Source of the DNA: Selaginella moellendorffii
Taxonomy: Eukaryota > Plantae > Lycopodiophyta
Direction of reading: 5' to 3'
Assembly: GCF_000143415.4 (NCBI RefSeq)
Contig: NW_003314296.1
Location: 725,645-789,644 of the forward strand
DNA length: 64,000 bases
A program made the position numbers and the translations under genes. This document shows positions 57,575 through 64,000 of the stretch, in pieces. The notes under the pieces are model-generated. The model was not told the origin of the DNA. It was given only the letters and a program-made list of their open reading frames with translations, and made no database searches. Each line of letters begins with the position of its first letter. The stretch's first letter is position 1.

Positions 57575-60500
57575 GATATTAATTTGTTTCTTCTCAACAA
57601 CAATATTTCTAGATGTGTCCAAAGTTCCAATCAAGAGGATTTCCTAATATTATTAGTGTATTTTTTTATATTAAAAGTCCAATTAGAACTTCATATTCAC
57701 CAAATTCTAAAATTTCACAATTAGCATAATTATGCCTAGTTAGCATCATTCTATCATATACATTAGGCATATTGTAGCGCATGTGATCATGGGATGAGAT
57801 TTAGATATATTATCACCATGGATCCTTGAAACCTAGGGGATAAAATAGCCACTAAGGGCTTTCTCATCAAGCAAATGCCCCTTTTTCAGTTGGATTAAGG
57901 GGAGAGAGATAAAGTGTGCTACAGTTGGTATCGAAGCAAATGGCACGAGTTCGATTCTTATTAATTAGTGGCTACTTAAAAATATAATATACCCTTGAAC
58001 AAGATATATTCCTACCCCTAAATTTGAAATCTTATATATTGGACATCCATGCATACGTCCTTCCTGTTATGTGGAGTATCCACGAACGAAGGTATCCACC
58101 GTGGGATTGTGGTATAAGTGGATGACTAGATGGGATGAGATTTGAATATACCATGGATAAGCACACAAGCATAAGAATGGAATTTTTTTATATATTATTA
58201 GCTAAATGTGTTGTACGTTGCACTAGCTAATGACAAGAACCCTCATGTGTTGAGTCTAGTTCCTCAATAATGCTTTATGATAGCTTATTGTGTCCACCAA
58301 ACAACCTCACTATCATACTTCATGTATTGGTTCCATTCAATCTTTTGTGCTATTTATAGTAAGTGGTTAAATCTGTCTAAAAGGTGTATCTGTGGAATCT
58401 AGAGAGTGTCATGAACCCCATGGTGTTGTTCCTACATCCCAATTCACAATCTAGTTCTATTCTATATCTAGTAAATTTTCAAATCCTATAAACTAGTTCT
58501 TGAGATTGGGGTGAAAGCCTAAAAACATGCATTTTTCTAGGGTGAAGGATGAGGGGTTGTGAGGGGTTCTAAATGTATAGTAAGGATAGTATTTGGAAGC
58601 ATTGTTGACCATTTAAGATATTAATTTGGCTCTTGCTAAGTTGTATTGCTCATGATTCTGCGTCTAGCTTGGGAATAATCTCAAGTTCCATGTTGTTCTA
58701 CTCAGTGGGGTACCCACCTTTTTGTTACAAGCCACCAATATGCCGGAATTGGGCTAAACACCGTTTGATACTATTTTACATGCAAAAGTTGAATATAGGG
58801 AGTTAGTGTTGGTAGGAGATATTAAGTGTGTACCAAATTTTCATTTTGTTGCATAAAGGGTTTGGAGTTTGATATAAACCATAAATATATTTTTTAATTT
58901 GCCAACTTACTTTTTCTATTAGACCACCTTTGCCTTTGCATTACTTAAGTTCCTTTGCCAAAGTCCCCATTTATTATACCATCTCCTACTTGGTTCTACT
59001 TGGATTTAGCTACTCACTGCACGAATAATGGAGTGTTAGCCATCCATCTACAAATTCCTAAATTTTTTCTTAATCCCCCTCCTCGGGTTAGCTTAGACTT
59101 AAGGTTCAACTATACTCCTTATAAGCACAACCAGCTAAACACACCAAGCCTCTAGGTTTTTTACATGCCTAGGTACAACAAAACTTGATCACAAAACCTT
59201 CTAAATCCCAAGACTTGGATGCATCTTTTGTTTCGAGTGTTGCAACACTAACTCATTGTTACTTTATCTTTACGTCACATGTTATAGCCAAAGAGACCAC
59301 TCCTACTCTCACTTCTACCTCTGCTTCTACTCTTACTTCCGCTTTTACTCCTACTCCCCCCACTCTTACTCCTACTCCTACTCTTTGGTTGCAGCCATGG
59401 GCATTTTGAGAGATAAGGAGAGGAGATTTTGATTCTCGAAATATTTCAAATGGTAAAACTCCACGAAGGCTAAATATCAAAAGTCCTCCCTATTTCCTTT
59501 GGTAATTAAGTTTGGAATTACGGTTTTGTGAATTTATATGTGAGGGATGGATCCATGGTTAGGGCTGAAAGATGACCTAAAAATTGGTGAACTCAATATG
59601 AATAAGCTAGTTTAGTTTTCTTGAAAGAATGGAGAGTTTATTTTTAGGAAATTGAGGGAAATCTTGAGTTCTAGGGGTTAGATTCATATTTTTAGAGACC
59701 CTAGAACCATTAAGAGTTTCGACTTCCATGAATTTAAAGTGTAAGTTTAAAAAAATTTTCTCGTTCTTGCATTAATTTTCTACATTACCTCTTTCCACTT
59801 GGTTCTTTAGTGATTTCTCGTGATTAGTGTATTGATTTTGGTTTTTCTTTCTTTGGGTCGATGCGACTTGGCATCCTCTTTCCAACAAGCTAAAGAGCAC
59901 CTTGTTTTGTGGAGGATTCAATTGTTAATTTAATGAAATTTTGTCTATCACGCTCCTCTATTTTTCATGGCAAATTTTCAACACTCTAAGCTCGCAATTT
60001 TGGGATTAATTCAAGAATTTCTTTTTCTGGACATGTAGATCTAAAGACAAGCTTTTTGGAAAGTCCTTTCTTAGTAGCCAATTCGCTTTAAGCTATGACA
60101 TGAAGCAGTTTTTCTCTCACAGCACTTCATAGCTCAAATTTGCAAGTTTCTAGCTTAATCTTGGGGGGAATTTTTGAGGTGCCATTCTCATGAAAATTAT
60201 TATGGCCATGTTATTACTTTTTACCAATGCCAAAAATGAGTGTTTCTTGTACTAGGGAGTGCATTTCTTTTTGTTTTCTTTCTTTTTGTTTAGAATTTAA
60301 TGTTTGAGTCAATTTTTCTTGAGATTTTAGGCATTTTAACTCATGGTTTTGGGTTCATTCTTTTGGTTTAAGTATAAACTTTCAAACAAGTCCATCCACA
60401 CCTATTTTTGTGTGCAAAGTCAAGAGATTTCCATGCAAATGTTTTCCTTTTAGGCATTTTGAGTATTGGAGTTTAATTTTTCTTTTTTCCCCCTTTCCTT

Positions 60501-63500
60501 TGCAAGAATTTTTTTTTTTTTTTTGTTGTGAGAAATTGGCATTTGCAAGAGTGACAGTGATTTTAATTGAGAAAATCTATATGAGGATACTCTTTTATTT
60601 AGAGTTATCCCATTTAGATACTTTGCTCTCACACAAGTCAGAGTTCTTAATGCATTGTATTTTCCACAACCTAGCATCTGTTGCACAGTGGACACTTTAT
60701 GCTAGTTTGCACTCATTCCAATTAGAGATGGCAACCAGCAAACTTCCATACAGTGCCTAGGGTATGGGGACATTTTTCACACCTTTTACAAGAGCTCGAT
60801 TATCAAACTACTTTTTTTGACAAGGAGGATTCATTCATTACAGATATCAAGTCAGGGAGTCCACCATCCATGGCTCTTCTACAACAAGGCATTGACTTGA
60901 CATACTTATCTGGCAATGGCGACATCTTTGTCAAGACACATATCACTCATTTCAAGCAATATTGCATGTCGAATGGCATCATCGAGGATGATCACAAGCT
61001 CTACGACTTCTTGCAATCGTTCACTGGCCGAGCAACAACATGGGTAGAAACACTCTTGGAGGTAGATATGGTTGACTATTCCACATTCAAAGCATCTTTC
61101 TAAGGTCACTTTAATCAACAGTGACCAGCAAATCGCTTACTCATGGATTTGTTCGCTTTTTGGCAAGAAGCACGTGAATCTATGCTGGAATATGTATGTG
61201 GTTCAAGTTTTACTAGAAGGAGTGTGTCCAATGCAAGGTCATCACAAATGAACGTTATGGCATCACCACATTCATCTTTGGCCTCAAAGGAAATCTCAAA
61301 TACAAAATGCTCAAGTGAGAGTTTTGGATGTGTTATGAAGCATTTGCTGTAGTAGAGACTTTGGAGTGGGATCTTCTCCAAGATCTCAAGATTCCTAGGG
61401 TAGAGGAGGTTTTCCTCCCACCTTCAGATGAGAGCTTATGTGCTACCATGATTTATTCTTCTCCATCCCCACACAGTGGTGATAGAGTTCCCTCAATGAT
61501 CAAGAAATCATTGTTGAAGCATGCAAGATATAAGGAGATTATCTAGTAGCAGCAATAAATGCAAAAGAAGCTACTTGAGGAGCTTGGAGCATGCTGCTTA
61601 TAGTAGGCAGAGAGACTGAGATGCCCTCTTCGTTCTTAATGCTACTCGTATTGTGATGTTATGATATAGCATAGAGAGATGTTGGAAACTTCATTTAGAA
61701 CTTCGACCACCTTCTGTCCAGCATGTTCAATACCAAACAACATATTTCTTCCATGGCTAGAGATAGATACCAACAACAATTGGAGTAGAAAGTGATCAAA
61801 GATACCCCTTCGTCAAGCCATGGAAAGACATTAATGCATGTCAACATAGTTTATGTTGTAGAGGATGGTTATAGAATGGCTGCTATGACTCAAGGGTGCA
61901 AGGAAGTTTCTCCTTTAGCCCCAAATATTAATAGTGAGCAAGATCCAACTCTAGTTTCTAGAACTTTCCCATCTCTCATGGCATGCAAGTTACCCCATGC
62001 TTCGGTATTTGCAGCGCCACCCACATCCTTGGCCACAACTTCAAATCCAACAACTGGATATTCATTCAACTTTCAATGTGGGGTCTCCTAGCTGCCCTCC
62101 ACTCTTTCTCAAGTCCCACAAGAGGTTCTTGTTTAGATTGCTGACACTTCAATCTAAATCACACTTGGTGAGCTTTTGTGATATGTACTCAGTTTTACTC
62201 CTTAGCTAGAGGCTTTTGCCAAGTCCACAGGCATCCCCGTGGAACATCAACATGACATGCACATTATCAACACTCAGACCACTCATGATCCCGAAGCATT
62301 CTTTATGGAGGTCCACATCAACAATAAATCTTTGACAACACAAACATTACTTGATTCAGATCCTAGAGCAACATCATTTCCCTCAATTTGGCACTTTCTA
62401 ATGGCTTGGAAGTGGTGAGAAACACAACTATCATCCTCAAAATGTTTGCCAATCACTAAATCGTCTCTATAGGCATTTGTTGGAATGTCAAGATCTTGGT
62501 GCAAGGAGTGGGTTCCATACTAAATTTCCTTGTTATGGACTTCCAACAGCTAGGATTTGGGAAACTGAGGGACTCCATCATCTTAGGACGGACTTATATG
62601 ATAACTTAGGCCAAAGGAGAATCAACGATTACCAACAACATTTATGCAACAACTCTTCTCAATGCCTATGGTCATTCTCTACTTCCATCTAGCTTGTCTC
62701 AAGTGGATGCTTATTCCATCATTGAAGTTGACTAGGCTCTCAAGGTTTTTTTCTTGAAACTTATCAAGGATGACATACTACTAGAGATCCAAGTTGTTGA
62801 TTGCAATATGATTAACTTCTTCAACATGGACTGGACTACATCAACACTTGACTTCTTTGCCATCACTACACAAGTCTAAAGATCCCTTGGCTTCAACAAA
62901 TCTAGGGATTTCACATCAATTCCTTCGCTGCAGCATAGTGAGGAATCTGTCCAAGTGGTGGATTCTCCAAGCACTTTTCCAACTCTAGCATTTATATAGT
63001 AGTTTTGGAGCTGTTAATGAAATAGGGTCACAAGGCATCAACAACACTTTGGAGAGCATAATTTTTTCACTCTCTTTACACTTTTGACTTTCCAGCTTAG
63101 TGACTACACTCTTGGTGGCACTTTTCACCTTAGACCTGCAATCTAGCCTTGCTACTCACTTGGGATACAACCATGATATAAAGGTGGTAGGCATTTTCTA
63201 GCAGCATCTCGACTTTTCCTTGAAGTTTCTCTCAACTTGGCACCTCATCTCAGCTCTTCCCAAACTTAGGTTCATGGCTGGATCCCAACTTCATCCTGCT
63301 ACAACACTCAAAGCATTCTCCGACACTATTGACACTTCACCCAACCACCAAATCTTCATCAACAACACATGATGACTTCCATAGGTCCTTGGGAACACTT
63401 TTTACCATCCTCAAAAGGCTCCCATCCTTCCAAATAGTTCTAGCATCCTAGATTCTCTTACAGTGACATTATTCACCACTTTAAGCATTTTCGATGCAAT

Positions 63501-63817
63501 CTAGCACTTGAGGGTGATTAAGTTAGTTTCAGCGGCATTCTAGGCCTTCTATAGGATTATTTACATCCTTTTGATGCTTCCATCATCATCACCCATCATA
63601 GAAGCCATTTGCACTATTCACTCATTTTTTTACTTTTTTTGCTTCTTTTTGTTTTTCTTTCTGCTCTCACTCTTTTTACATTTTTTTTTCAGGCCAAGGA
63701 ATTATGTGGAAAAAGTCTCTTTTGATGAACACACTCTAGTTGCATTATTAATTATATAAAAAATTCTCGACTCTTGTTAATTTATGCCTCATTTCTTTAG
63801 CTTCTTTCTCTACATCA
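57575..63817 (+). mobile_element. Long direct repeat copy B (same decayed gypsy-type segment as 33279-39134)
   Basis: Collinear sequence; LTR ~58574-59582; PBS-like TGGTGAACTCAATATGAAT at 59585; gag-like VKTHITHFKQYCMSNG..FLQSFTGRATTWVETL. Confidence 0.85.
57773..58160 (+). mobile_element. TRIM-like element present in copy B only
   Basis: 151-bp LTR TGTAGCGCA..TGTGCTACA (57773-57923), PBS TGGTATCGAAGC, partial second LTR (tgggatgagatttgaatata) at ~58131. Confidence 0.7.
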
Positions 63818-64000
63818 TTGTTTATTTAGATTAATCATGTATTTATAATCCCCTTACAGGTTTGCTAAAGGAAACCAAAATTTTGATTTTGAATTAAGTT
63901 CACTTGAGTAATTAATTAGAACCTAATGCTATGCTCCTATAAATAAAGTTGTTCTCCATTTTCTGGGATGTTCTGACTTCACTTTGAGAGGTAAGCTTGT

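Noticed and set aside
33278-63817. Treating the two ~6-kb repeats as canonical LTRs (TGATAT..ACATCA)
   Set aside because: Copy B starts GGATAT, there is no PBS beside either inner end, and no TSD matches at those exact termini; kept only as a composite insertion or duplication hypothesis

Overview
Plant nuclear DNA. The 50-80 nt GT-AG introns, very short intergenic gaps and intronless PLS-type PPR genes suggest a compact lycophyte genome such as Selaginella (inference, not searched). 1-31 kb is gene-dense. It holds a KP4 killer-toxin-like secreted Cys-rich ORF at the left edge that is missing from the ORF track, an aldehyde oxidase tail-to-tail with a zeta-crystallin-type quinone oxidoreductase, a WAC-DDT chromatin protein, a CCT-motif gene, an intronless fungal-style APH/choline-kinase-like gene with an altered catalytic loop, a TAF15b-like RRM/RanBP2-ZnF gene, two PPR genes, and a clear SYMRK/DMI2 symbiosis receptor kinase with four LRR exons. 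33-64 kb is a nested retroelement field. Two ~5.9-6.2 kb direct repeats (PPT-LTR-tRNA-Trp PBS-gag-protease) bracket a 30.5 kb block. That block contains a TSD-flanked, internally deleted chromovirus, decayed gypsy pol, miniature TRIM-like elements, an orphan Glu/Lys/Gln-rich gene and scrambled LRR and BTB-family gene remnants. All family calls come from motif recognition by eye; no database searches were run.
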